Part shown: one piece after another, positions 49,566-58,222 of the stretch
How the letters are laid out: each line of letters begins with the position of its first letter
How positions within the stretch are numbered: the stretch's first letter is position 1
DNA from: Candidatus Oxydemutator sp.
GTDB taxonomy: Bacteria > Pseudomonadota > Gammaproteobacteria > Poriferisulfidales > Oxydemutatoraceae
DNA length: 64,000 bases
Assembly (NCBI GenBank): GCA_965203445.1
Contig: OZ241883.1
Coordinates: 64,001-128,000 of the forward strand
Direction of reading: 5' to 3'
The notes under the pieces: generated by a model
Seen by the model: the letters and a program-made list of their open reading frames with translations, nothing else
Database searches by the model: none
What the model was told of the DNA's origin: nothing
Translations under genes and position numbers: made by a program

Positions 49566-50831
49566 TCATGCCTGTTCCTGCAAGGATTGTGCCGCAAAGA
49601 TGGTCAGGCACAGCTCATCGCCATACATCCTGTAGACCGGCTTCCTGCCGCTCAGTTTTTCACTTTCGCGCAGAATAATGCCCACACCCTCGCCTCTGCG
49701 TTCCAGGAAATACCTTCTCCCTACGGTACCGCCGAGCCGTTCTTCTACGGCCAGCTCAGACAACAGCCGAGACAGTAGTTCATTACGAGTTGCCTGGTTG
49801 TCCACTAAAGCTTCAACCGTCATGGTATTTGCAAGGGCACCGGGGGAGTAGAGTTCCAGTCTGTCGGCGAACAGGAACAGGCGTATTTTTGAACCGTGTA
49901 TAGAGTAGTCTCTGTGCATGACGGCGTTCACCAGGGCTTCAAAAACGGCGCGCGCGCTGTACTGTGGCCGTTCCCGTCGCCCCACTTCCTTACGCGCGGA
50001 CTTCTGATTATGCTTCTCGACGAACTTACAGGAGTCCATGATCTGCTGGTCCAGCGGCCCCTTGAAATCCTGGGCGTCCAGTTGATAGTTGGCGTCTTTA
50101 TGCAGTCCTCTATAACGGACGGCACATACAAAACTGTTGTACAGATGCTCGTGAGACCGGTCGCTGCACATCAGCAACCCGGCCACGGAAGCCCGATAAA
50201 CACCATTGTCGTCAACCAGCAACCAGCGCTTCAGAAGCTGCTCAGTTTCTTGCTGCTCGGCGTCTTGCTGCTCAGTTTCCGCCCTGGTGATAAATCTTGC
50301 GAATAAATGTTTGCTTAGAGTCGCCTTGTCGGTAGAAGGCACAAACTGTTCATCAAACTTGATAGTCCTGGCTTGTGATCGGGCTTGCGATATCCTGGCC
50401 AGCTGCTCCGGTGTCATTTCGCGCTTGGCGTCTCCCTGCCGCAAATAGTACCCACCGACGCTTCGGTGCAGCCACAGACTCTTCTCGACGTCTATATAGA
50501 CCAGTCGCTTTTCTCGTCCCATTTCATCTGGCATAAGGACGCTGTCGACGAAAAAGTTGGTGATGGACGGCTCTATCGAGTCGTGACATATCTCACTGAT
50601 AAAGTGAATCAATAGCCTGGGGTCATCGCCGATTCCAAGAATATCTTTATCATCGGAAACGCCAAAGATGATCACGCCACCTTGATGATTTGCAAAAGCC
50701 GCAATTTCATCCGCAAGATCGCCTCTGCCCGGATCTTTTACTGTATTACCGGCAATTCGTACTTCCTTGAATTCCATCGCCGAGCTTTCGCCCGCGCCAA
50801 TTTTTTCCAGCAATTGAGCGGCACTAAACAT
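49566..50831 (-). CDS. Schlafen/AlbA_2 domain + HATPase_c_4 protein, copy 2
   Basis: GESSAMEFK...DEIAAFANHQGGVIIFGV; EALVNAVMHRDYS; ATRNELL; ERRGEGV; colinear with 7669..8901; lower GC. Confidence 0.82.
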   Translation of the reverse strand: MFSAAQLLEKIGAGESSAMEFKEVRIAGNTVKDPGRGDLADEIAAFANHQGGVIIFGVSDDKDILGIGDDPRLLIHFISEICHDSIEPSITNFFVDSVLMPDEMGREKRLVYIDVEKSLWLHRSVGGYYLRQGDAKREMTPEQLARISQARSQARTIKFDEQFVPSTDKATLSKHLFARFITRAETEQQDAEQQETEQLLKRWLLVDDNGVYRASVAGLLMCSDRSHEHLYNSFVCAVRYRGLHKDANYQLDAQDFKGPLDQQIMDSCKFVEKHNQKSARKEVGRRERPQYSARAVFEALVNAVMHRDYSIHGSKIRLFLFADRLELYSPGALANTMTVEALVDNQATRNELLSRLLSELAVEERLGGTVGRRYFLERRGEGVGIILRESEKLSGRKPVYRMYGDELCLTIFAAQSLQEQA

Positions 50832-51087
50832 TGGAATACTCCAGGTGGATGCGCCTGTAACGCTGCTCGAATGCTTTTTCTCCGCCTTCCAGAATATCGC
50901 ATATCGCTTGTCTGACCTGCTTATTCTGTATGCTGGCGGGTTCTTGTACTCGAGTTTGACCATCTTCTACTTTCAGGGGCAGGACCATCTCTGCATCGCC
51001 ATTTACCACAACGTTGGCGTTGTGTGTGACGACGATGACTTGTCGCTCGCTTTTGACGGCACGCAGCTCGTGGTCGCTCAGGTTCAT
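50824..51087 (-). pseudogene. 3' remnant of a Ppl/TrlF-type ATPase
   Basis: RQVIVVTHNANVVVNGDAEMV...ICDILEGGEKAFEQRYRRIH aligns with the C-terminus of 8904..11633; Walker A/B and PHP parts absent. Confidence 0.85.
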
Positions 51088-51115
51088 GGATGGGAATTAT
51101 GCCCCATGATCGGGG

Positions 51116-51925
51116 TCATTCTTTGTCGGAAACATTCCCGTCAACCCACCCTTGAACCGACCCGTGGGAAAGGGCGGTTGAACCGCCCGAGAGCGCGCGT
51201 TCGATGGTTTTGGGATCGAGTTCTCGCCAGGCGCCGGCGCACAGCGCGCGCGGCAGCGTGACCGGGCCGAAACGCACTCTGATCAGACGGTTCACCTGCA
51301 GGCCCTGGCTCAGCCACAGGCGGCGTACCAGGCGGTTGCGGCCCTCGCGCAGGCGCACGCGAAACCAGCGGTTGCCGCGGCCCGCGCGGCCGTGTTCCTC
51401 GACGCCGTCGAAACGCGCGCGGCCATCTTCGAGGGGAACGCCTTCGCGCAGACGCTCGAGCGCCGCGGCGGTCACACGGCCGTGCACCCGGGCCAGATAC
51501 TCGCGCACCAGGGCCGAGGATGGGTGCATCAGGCGATGGGCGAGTTCCCCGTCGGTGCAAAACAGCAGCAGGCCGGAGGTGTTGACGTCGAGACGTCCCA
51601 CCGCGATCCAGCGCGCACCGGTGAGCGGTGGCAGATGATCGAACACGGTGGGTCTGCCGCCGGGGTCGTCGCGGCTGGTGATGACGCCGCACGGCTTGTG
51701 GTACGCGAGCACGCGGTTCGTGCCCGCGACGGTCGGCGCGACGCGCCGTCCCGCGACCGAGATCGAATCCCCAGGCGACGCCTTGTCGCCCGGCACCGCG
51801 ACGCGGCCGTTGACGCGCACCCGGCCCTCGGCGATCAGGCGCTCGATGCGTCTGCGCGAACCGACGCCGGCGTCAGCCAGCAGCTTCTGTATCCTGGTCG
51901 GAACTTCGGGGGGAGTGTGCGGCAT
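51116..51925 (-). CDS. rluB: 23S rRNA pseudouridine synthase RluB family
   Basis: RIQKLLA.AGVGSRR, YHKP.G, VGRLD.NTSGLLL, EGRNR.VRR; follows scpB. Confidence 0.9.
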   Translation of the reverse strand: MPHTPPEVPTRIQKLLADAGVGSRRRIERLIAEGRVRVNGRVAVPGDKASPGDSISVAGRRVAPTVAGTNRVLAYHKPCGVITSRDDPGGRPTVFDHLPPLTGARWIAVGRLDVNTSGLLLFCTDGELAHRLMHPSSALVREYLARVHGRVTAAALERLREGVPLEDGRARFDGVEEHGRAGRGNRWFRVRLREGRNRLVRRLWLSQGLQVNRLIRVRFGPVTLPRALCAGAWRELDPKTIERALSGGSTALSHGSVQGWVDGNVSDKE

Positions 51926-52562
51926 CGTCGGCAAGCGCGGGCGCGGCGGCGCCGTCGTTCGCGGCCTTCGCGGCCGGCGCGCCGGTCGCCCCCGCCGCGC
52001 CGGCCACGGGCGCGGCGGGTGGCACGCCCGTGCCGTCGCCGCCGAGCGCGGCCAGCGCCGGCAGTTCATCTAGCGAGCGCAGGTTGAGGTCGTCCAAAAA
52101 AGCGCGCGTCGTCGCGTAGAGAGCCGGGCGTCCGGGCGTCTCCTTGTGGCCGGCGATCTCGATCCAGCCGCGCTCCTCAAGGATGCGCAGCGTGCCGCTG
52201 CTGACCGAGACGCCGCGTACTTCCTCGATCGCGGCGCGTGTGACCGGCTGGCGGTAGGCGATCAGCGCCAGGATCTCGAGCAGCGCCTTGGAGTAGCGCG
52301 GCGGCTTTTCCTCCCACAATTTCGCAAGCCACGGCGCGTAGTCCTCGCGCGTCTGGTAACGGTAGCCAGACGCCACCTGCGTAAGTTCGATGGCGCGCCC
52401 GGCGCACTCGGCCTCGAGCGCGGTTATGGTCTCGCCGAGCAGCGCGCGGTCGGGCGCCTTGCCGTCGTGCGCCAGCAGCCTCGCCAGCTCGTTGAATTGC
52501 AGCGGGCGCGGCGACGCCATCAGCAGCGCCTCGACCACCCGCTTCATTTCGGCGGCGTCCAC
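51873..52562 (-). CDS. scpB: SMC-Scp complex subunit ScpB
   Basis: VEALL, VASGYR.QT, YSKALLE.LA.IAY.QPVTR, GRP.LYATT..FL. Confidence 0.94.
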   Translation of the reverse strand: MDAAEMKRVVEALLMASPRPLQFNELARLLAHDGKAPDRALLGETITALEAECAGRAIELTQVASGYRYQTREDYAPWLAKLWEEKPPRYSKALLEILALIAYRQPVTRAAIEEVRGVSVSSGTLRILEERGWIEIAGHKETPGRPALYATTRAFLDDLNLRSLDELPALAALGGDGTGVPPAAPVAGAAGATGAPAAKAANDGAAAPALADDAAHSPRSSDQDTEAAG

Positions 52563-53354
52563 TCAGGCGGCACTCAGGTGTATCGGCGCGTATGCCGCGT
52601 TCTGCTCGACGCGGATCATGCCGGCCTTGATCAGTTCGAGCAAAGCCAGAAAAGTGACGATGACGCCGGCGCTGCCTTCGCGCGGCGCAAAGCAGTCGGC
52701 GAACGCGACCGACCCGTCGCGCCCCAGCAGCGCGAGAATGTTCGCGATCCGCTCGCGCACCGGCAGCGGTTCGCGCGCGACCGCGTGGCGCCGGTGAAAC
52801 TCGGCGCGGCGCAGCACCTCCTGAAAGGCGCCGACGAGGTCGTCGAGGGCGACGCGCGGCGGCGGCTTGACGATCTTCAATCCGGCGCACGGCGTCTCGA
52901 ACTCGTGGAAGTCTCGCGCCGCGCGCGGCAGCCGGTCGAGGTCGCGCGCGGCCTTGCGAAAGCGCTCGTATTCGAGCAGGCGGCGCACCAGTTCGGCGCG
53001 CGGGTCTTCCTCCTCGGCGTCGGCGTCAGGCGGGCGCGGCAGCAACGTGCGCGACTTGATCTCGGCCAACGTCGCCGCCATCAGCAGGTACTCGGCGGCA
53101 AGCCCGATTTTCATCTCCTGCATCACGCCGATGTAGCGCATGTACTGCTCGGCGACGCGCGCAACCGGCAGACTCAGTATATCGAGGTTCTGGCGCCGAA
53201 TCAGATAGAGCAGCAGATCGAGCGGGCCCTCGAAAGCCTCGAGAAAAATCCGCAGCGCGTCGGGCGGGACGTACAGATCCTCGGGCGCCGCCTCGAGCGC
53301 GCGCCCTTCCACGACCGCGAACGAGCGCTGCGCGCCACCAACCGCCCCGGCCAC
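52563..53354 (-). CDS. scpA: SMC-Scp complex subunit ScpA
   Basis: LYVPPDAL..FLE.FEGPLDLLLYLI, AEYL.MAA.L.EIKSR.LLP, FLALLEL. Confidence 0.94.
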   Translation of the reverse strand: MAGAVGGAQRSFAVVEGRALEAAPEDLYVPPDALRIFLEAFEGPLDLLLYLIRRQNLDILSLPVARVAEQYMRYIGVMQEMKIGLAAEYLLMAATLAEIKSRTLLPRPPDADAEEEDPRAELVRRLLEYERFRKAARDLDRLPRAARDFHEFETPCAGLKIVKPPPRVALDDLVGAFQEVLRRAEFHRRHAVAREPLPVRERIANILALLGRDGSVAFADCFAPREGSAGVIVTFLALLELIKAGMIRVEQNAAYAPIHLSAA

Positions 53355-53356
53355 CG

Positions 53357-54568
53357 TCAGCCGCCCCCCAGCTTCATCGCGCGGCACACTTCGTCGAGCG
53401 TGTCGCGCGCGACCTCGCGCGCGGCGTCGTTGCCCTCGGCGATGATCTTCTGCACCGTGCCCTTGTCGTTCTCGTAGTCGCGCGCGCGCGCGCGTATGCC
53501 GGCGATCTCGGCCTGCACGTCGTCTATCAGCGAGCGCTTGCACTCGAGGCAACCGATGCCCGCGGTGCGGCAACCTTCGTCCACCCAGGCGCGACGCTCG
53601 TCGTCGGAATAGATCTTGTGCCACTCCCACACCGGGCACTTCCCGGGATCGCCCGGGTCGGTGCGCCGTTTGCGCGCCGGATCGGTCATCATCGTGCGCA
53701 GTTTCACCTCGATCGCGTCCGGCGACTCGCGCAGCGAGATCGTGTTGCCGTACGATTTCGACATCTTGCGGCCGTCGAGGCCGGGAATGCGCGAGGCCCC
53801 GGTCACCATCGCCTGCGGCTCCGGCAGCAGCAACCGCGCCTCGCCGTCGAGATAGCCGCACAGGCGCTCGCGATCGCCGAGCGAGACGTTCTGCTGCGAT
53901 TCGACCAGGGCCACGGCGACGTCGTGCGCGCGCTCGTCGCCCTGCTCCTGGTGCTTCCTGCGCAGCTCGCGGTAGAGTTTCGCGTTCTTGTGGCCGAGTT
54001 TTTCGATGGCGCCTTTCACCCGTTTTCGGAAGTCCGGCTCGCGCCCGTACAGATAATTAAAGCGGCGCGCGATCTCGCGCGAAAGTTCGACGTGCGCGAC
54101 CTGGTCGTCGCCGACCGGCACGAGGCCGGCCTTGTAGATCAAAACGTCGGCGGCCTGCAACAACGGATAGCCGAGAAAACCGAACGTCGTAAGGTCGCGC
54201 CCCGGCAGCCTTTCCTGCTGCTCCTTGTAGCTCGGCACCCGTTCGAGCCAGCTCTGCGGCGTGATCATCGCCAGCAGCAGATACAGTTCGGCGTGTTCCG
54301 GCACCTCCGACTGCACGAACAAGGTCGCGGTGCCCGGATTGACGCCGCAGGCGAGCCAGTCAATGATCATCTCGATGGTGTTCCCGGCGACGTCGGAGGT
54401 GTCCTCGTAGTGCGTGGTCAGCGCGTGCCAGTCGGCGACGAAGAAAAAGCACTCGTGGCTCAGCTGCAACTCGGCCCAGTTTTTGACGACGCCGTGGTAA
54501 TGGCCGAGATGCAGCCGCCCGGTCGGGCGCATGCCGGAGACGACGCGCTTGCCTTGCGCCTGGGACAA
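53357..54568 (-). CDS. trpS: Tryptophan--tRNA ligase
   Basis: SGMRPTGRLHLGH, ADWHALT, YPLLQAADVL, VPVG.DQ, KMSKS. Confidence 0.96.
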   Translation of the reverse strand: MSQAQGKRVVSGMRPTGRLHLGHYHGVVKNWAELQLSHECFFFVADWHALTTHYEDTSDVAGNTIEMIIDWLACGVNPGTATLFVQSEVPEHAELYLLLAMITPQSWLERVPSYKEQQERLPGRDLTTFGFLGYPLLQAADVLIYKAGLVPVGDDQVAHVELSREIARRFNYLYGREPDFRKRVKGAIEKLGHKNAKLYRELRRKHQEQGDERAHDVAVALVESQQNVSLGDRERLCGYLDGEARLLLPEPQAMVTGASRIPGLDGRKMSKSYGNTISLRESPDAIEVKLRTMMTDPARKRRTDPGDPGKCPVWEWHKIYSDDERRAWVDEGCRTAGIGCLECKRSLIDDVQAEIAGIRARARDYENDKGTVQKIIAEGNDAAREVARDTLDEVCRAMKLGGG

Positions 54569-54726
54569 GTTCAGCCGGGCAGGCCGCGCCGACCTGGAAA
54601 ATCCGCGAACGCGCGGGGTGAATACATTATGGACTCAATCGGGCCGTGGTAACCAAGCAAGGGTAGCGCACGCGCCAGGGTTGTCAAGACTGGCGCGCGC
54701 TTCTCTTTATTTGAACCCCCCGGGTG

Positions 54727-54829
54727 CCCCCGAGAGCAAGGAAACGCCCCACGGGCGTTCCCCCCGAGGGGCAAGGAAACACCCCCACGCCCGCCCCCGA
54801 GAGGCAAGGGAACGCCCCCACGGGCGTTC
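54727..54829. repeat. Three ~33-36 bp imperfect tandem repeats with internal hairpin, upstream of ffs
   Basis: cccccgag(a/g)(g)gcaagg(a/g)aac(g/a)cccc(c)acg... x3; units 1 and 3 contain the aacgccc...gggcgtt palindrome. Confidence 0.8.
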
Positions 54830-54847
54830 CCGAAGTATATAATGGAA

Positions 54848-54949
54848 GGCGGCCTTTCGCAGTGGCGCCTTTGCAGCGGAGAATTGCCAATCCCGCCAGG
54901 TTCGGAAGAAAGCAACGGTAACAATTTTGCCGCGTGCCGAAGAACCGCC
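54848..54949 (+). ncRNA. ffs: Signal recognition particle RNA (4.5S)
   Basis: Long hairpin ggcgg...ccgcc with domain IV core CCAGGTTCGGAAGAAAGCAAC (GGAA tetraloop); TATAAT at 54838-54843; directly upstream of dnaX. Confidence 0.85.
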
Positions 54950-54974
54950 GCTGCGGGGGGCTTGGACAACGACG

Positions 54975-56687
54975 ATGAGTTACCAGGTACTGGCGCGCAA
55001 ATGGCGCCCGCGCAACTTCGAGCAGGTCATCGGCCAGCAGCACGTCATCCGCGCGCTCCAAAACGCGCTCAAGCTCGGACGCCTGCACCACGCCTATCTG
55101 TTCACCGGCACGCGCGGCGTCGGCAAGACCACGCTGGCGCGCATCCTCGCCAAGTGCCTCAACTGCGAACGGGAGGTGGGCGCCTCGCCGTGCGGCGAAT
55201 GCACGGTCTGCCGGCAGGTGGACGGCGGCAACTTCCTGGACCTGATGGAGATAGACGCGGCGTCGCGCACCGGCGTGGACGACATGCGCGAGCTGCTGGA
55301 CAACGTGCAATACGCCGCCGGCGCCGGGCGCTACAAGATCTACCTGATAGACGAGGTGCACATGTTGTCGGTCAACAGTTTCAACGCGCTGCTGAAGACC
55401 CTCGAGGAGCCGCCCGAACACGTCAAGTTCTTCTTCGCGACGACGCATCCGCAGAAAATCCCGGTCACGATCCTGTCGCGCTGCCTGCAATTCAACCTGA
55501 CGCGGCTGCCGCACGAGCTGATCCGCGAACATTTGGCCAAGCTGCTTGCAGCCGAGGACGTCGCCTACGAGGAAGCGGCGCTGGGCGAGATCGCGGTCGC
55601 CGCCGAGGGCAGCGTGCGCGACGCGCTGAGCTTGCTCGACCAGGCCATCGCCTACGGCGACGGACGCCTCAAGACCAGCGAGGTCGAGACGATGTTGGGG
55701 CTGGCCGCGCGCCAGCAGGTGATGGCCCTGGGACGCTGCATCGCCGACGGCGACGCGCCCGGACTGTTCGAGATTATCGAGCTTGCGTACCGCAAGGCGG
55801 TGGACTTCGAGAGCCTGCTGAAGGACGTGATCGCGCTGCTGCACCAGGTGGCGCTGCGCCAAGCCCTGCCCGGCGCCGAGATTGCGCCGCAACTGAAGGA
55901 GCAAGAGGTGGATCGGCTGGCCGCCGCCATCAGCGCCGAGGACCTGCAACTGTGCTACCAGATCGCGATCAACGGCAGGCGCGACATGGCGTTCGCCGCG
56001 GACGACAAGGCGGCGTTCGAGATGACGATGCTGCGGATGCTGCACTTCACGCCGCTGCAAGCGCCGGCGCGGACGCGCCGCGACAACGGCGCACAGGCGG
56101 CCGCGGGCGCCACCGCGGACGTGCAAGACGTGCCAGCGGCCACGCCCCCGGGGCGGCGCGCGACACCGCCGCAGGGCGCGCGCGACGCACCCGGTGCAAC
56201 CCGGGGCCCATCGAAAGACACGCCGCAAAACGCACCCGTCGCACCGACCGAGACCGAGACGGACGGCGCGCGCGCGAACTTCCGCCTCACCAACGGCAAC
56301 GACGTACCCGGCTGGATGCGGCTGATCGAAGCCTGCGGCCTGCAGGGCGCGGCAAAGGAAATCTGCCTGCACTCGCTGCTGACGCCGCGCTCCGAGACCG
56401 AAGCGACGCTGGCGGTGGACGAGCGCATCGAGGCGTTGTGCAGCGACGAGCGCAAGCGCGAGATCGGGGGCGCCCTCAGCCGGCTGCTCGGGGTCGAAGT
56501 CTCGCTTGCCTTCGAGACGGCCTCAGCGGCGCAAACACCAGCGCAGATGACAATGCGCGAAAAACTCGAACGCCACCGCAAAGCCGAACTGGCGATAGAC
56601 CAAAACCCGCAGGTGCACTCGCTGAAGGAACGCTTCGGCGCGCGCACCATCCCCGACTCGACGCGCCCGATCGAGCCGGAAAGCTGA
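54975..56687 (+). CDS. dnaX: DNA polymerase III subunit gamma/tau
   Basis: MSYQVLARKWRP, GTRGVGKTT, IDEVHML, ALLKTLEEPP, SRC. Confidence 0.97.
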   Translation: MSYQVLARKWRPRNFEQVIGQQHVIRALQNALKLGRLHHAYLFTGTRGVGKTTLARILAKCLNCEREVGASPCGECTVCRQVDGGNFLDLMEIDAASRTGVDDMRELLDNVQYAAGAGRYKIYLIDEVHMLSVNSFNALLKTLEEPPEHVKFFFATTHPQKIPVTILSRCLQFNLTRLPHELIREHLAKLLAAEDVAYEEAALGEIAVAAEGSVRDALSLLDQAIAYGDGRLKTSEVETMLGLAARQQVMALGRCIADGDAPGLFEIIELAYRKAVDFESLLKDVIALLHQVALRQALPGAEIAPQLKEQEVDRLAAAISAEDLQLCYQIAINGRRDMAFAADDKAAFEMTMLRMLHFTPLQAPARTRRDNGAQAAAGATADVQDVPAATPPGRRATPPQGARDAPGATRGPSKDTPQNAPVAPTETETDGARANFRLTNGNDVPGWMRLIEACGLQGAAKEICLHSLLTPRSETEATLAVDERIEALCSDERKREIGGALSRLLGVEVSLAFETASAAQTPAQMTMREKLERHRKAELAIDQNPQVHSLKERFGARTIPDSTRPIEPES

Positions 56688-56714
56688 CGCCGCCCCATCC
56701 CCGGCCCCGCCGCA

Positions 56715-57335
56715 ATGGCGCACAAGAACCTGCTGAAACAACTGACGGACACCTTCACCTGCCTGCCGGGAGTCGGCCAGAAGACCGCGCAGCGCTTCGT
56801 CTATCACCTGCTCGAGCGCGACCGCCCCGGCGGCGTGGCGCTCGCCGAACTGCTGGCCGCGGCCATGGAAAAAATCGGCAACTGCGAGCGCTGCCGCATG
56901 TTCACCGAGGACGCGCTGTGCGCAATATGCAGCGACCCCGGGCGCGACCGTTCGCTGCTGTGCGTGGTCGAGAATCCCGCCGATCTGGTGGCGCTCGAAA
57001 GCAACACCGACTACCGCGGCCTCTACTTCGTGCTGCACGGCAGACTGTCCCCGCTGGACGACGTGGGGCCGCAGGAGATCGGTCTCGACCTGCTCGAAGA
57101 CACGCTTAGGAAAAATGCCGTCAGCGAACTGATACTCGCCACCGGCACCACGGTCGAGGGCGACGTCACCGCGCACGTCATCGGCGAGCTGGCGGCGCGC
57201 CGGCACACCAGGACGACCAAGATCGCACAAGGGGTGCCGGTCGGCGGCGAGCTTGAATACGTGGATGCCTCGACGCTGGCGCAGGCCTTCACCACGCGCC
57301 TGCCGGTCGGCAACGACGGCGAGGCGCCCGACTAA
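56715..57335 (+). CDS. recR: Recombination mediator RecR
   Basis: LPGVGQKTAQR, C4 zinc finger, CVVE.PAD, Toprim domain, GVPVGGELEY.D. Confidence 0.96.
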   Translation: MAHKNLLKQLTDTFTCLPGVGQKTAQRFVYHLLERDRPGGVALAELLAAAMEKIGNCERCRMFTEDALCAICSDPGRDRSLLCVVENPADLVALESNTDYRGLYFVLHGRLSPLDDVGPQEIGLDLLEDTLRKNAVSELILATGTTVEGDVTAHVIGELAARRHTRTTKIAQGVPVGGELEYVDASTLAQAFTTRLPVGNDGEAPD

Positions 57336-57448
57336 GGCGCGCGACCTCGTCCGGCCGCCCGCCTTGCGGCAGGCGCGTGGCGGACGAATCAAGGCCCCGG
57401 TCACGGCGCGCAAACGGCGCGCCGAAGCGGCGCGCCCATGCACGTACG

Positions 57449-58222
57449 TCAGCCGCCGTCGAAACGATAACCGAAGTCATGCGCCATCCGGCGGCACAGC
57501 ACGGCGATGCGCTCCCTGGAATAGTCGGTGTAATAGCCCCGGTAATCATCATTGCGCTCCCTGACTCCGGTCTTCGTGCGCGGCAGCGTCCGGCGGGGCA
57601 ACTGCAACAGCCGGCATACCTCGTCGTAATCCCGCTGCAAGTTCTCGAAACGCAGGTAGCGGTCGGCGTAGCGGCGCCCGCGACTGAAATAAAACTCCGG
57701 AATCTCGGCGACCAGCGGGGCGAACAGCCCCCGGCGCAGCGCGAACTCGACGCTCTCCTTGCGGCGCCCGCACTCAAGATCGCGCCGGGCGCGGCGCAGG
57801 TGCCGGCGACGGCGCACGTTGCCGAGCCAGCCGCGCACAAATCTGCCGCCGTCGTGCTGGATGTTCGGCCAATCCACGAGCAGCTTGTAGCGGTAAAAAG
57901 ACACGAACAAATCCCACGGATTCCTGACCACGGTGAACTTGAAATACCGCTCCCAGACGCCGGCGCCGACCTTGTCCCGAATTACGTCGGGCAGGACGTG
58001 CGGCGACAGCCAGCCGGCCACGGCGGTGTCGGCGAAAGCGTCCGTGTTTTGCGCGGACAAAACCCCGAAATCGTCGGCGTCCAGGTCGCGGCGAAACGTT
58101 TCGTCGCCGATGATGACGTCGTCGGCGCCGCACTGGCTCGACAGCGCGACGCGCACACTGGTGCCGGCGACCTTGCGCGGACACACGAAGATGAACTTGT
58201 GCCGATGCGAGACTATCGTCAC
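57449..58222 (-). CDS. Sulfotransferase (Sulfotransfer_2 family)
   Basis: IVSHRHKFIFV..RKVAGTSV (5'-PSB), FKFTVVRNPWD.FVS.Y (3'-PB), RFENL..D, FGY.F. Confidence 0.85.
   Translation of the reverse strand: MTIVSHRHKFIFVCPRKVAGTSVRVALSSQCGADDVIIGDETFRRDLDADDFGVLSAQNTDAFADTAVAGWLSPHVLPDVIRDKVGAGVWERYFKFTVVRNPWDLFVSFYRYKLLVDWPNIQHDGGRFVRGWLGNVRRRRHLRRARRDLECGRRKESVEFALRRGLFAPLVAEIPEFYFSRGRRYADRYLRFENLQRDYDEVCRLLQLPRRTLPRTKTGVRERNDDYRGYYTDYSRERIAVLCRRMAHDFGYRFDGG

Noticed and set aside
53820-54050. Large insertion in TrpS as a possible intein
   Set aside because: No intein terminal motifs; a helical insertion of this kind is, to my knowledge, common in ~400-aa proteobacterial TrpRS.
54727-54829. 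Calling this a true CRISPR array
   Set aside because: Only three degenerate units with short, near-identical intervening sequence and no leader; kept only as a repeat.
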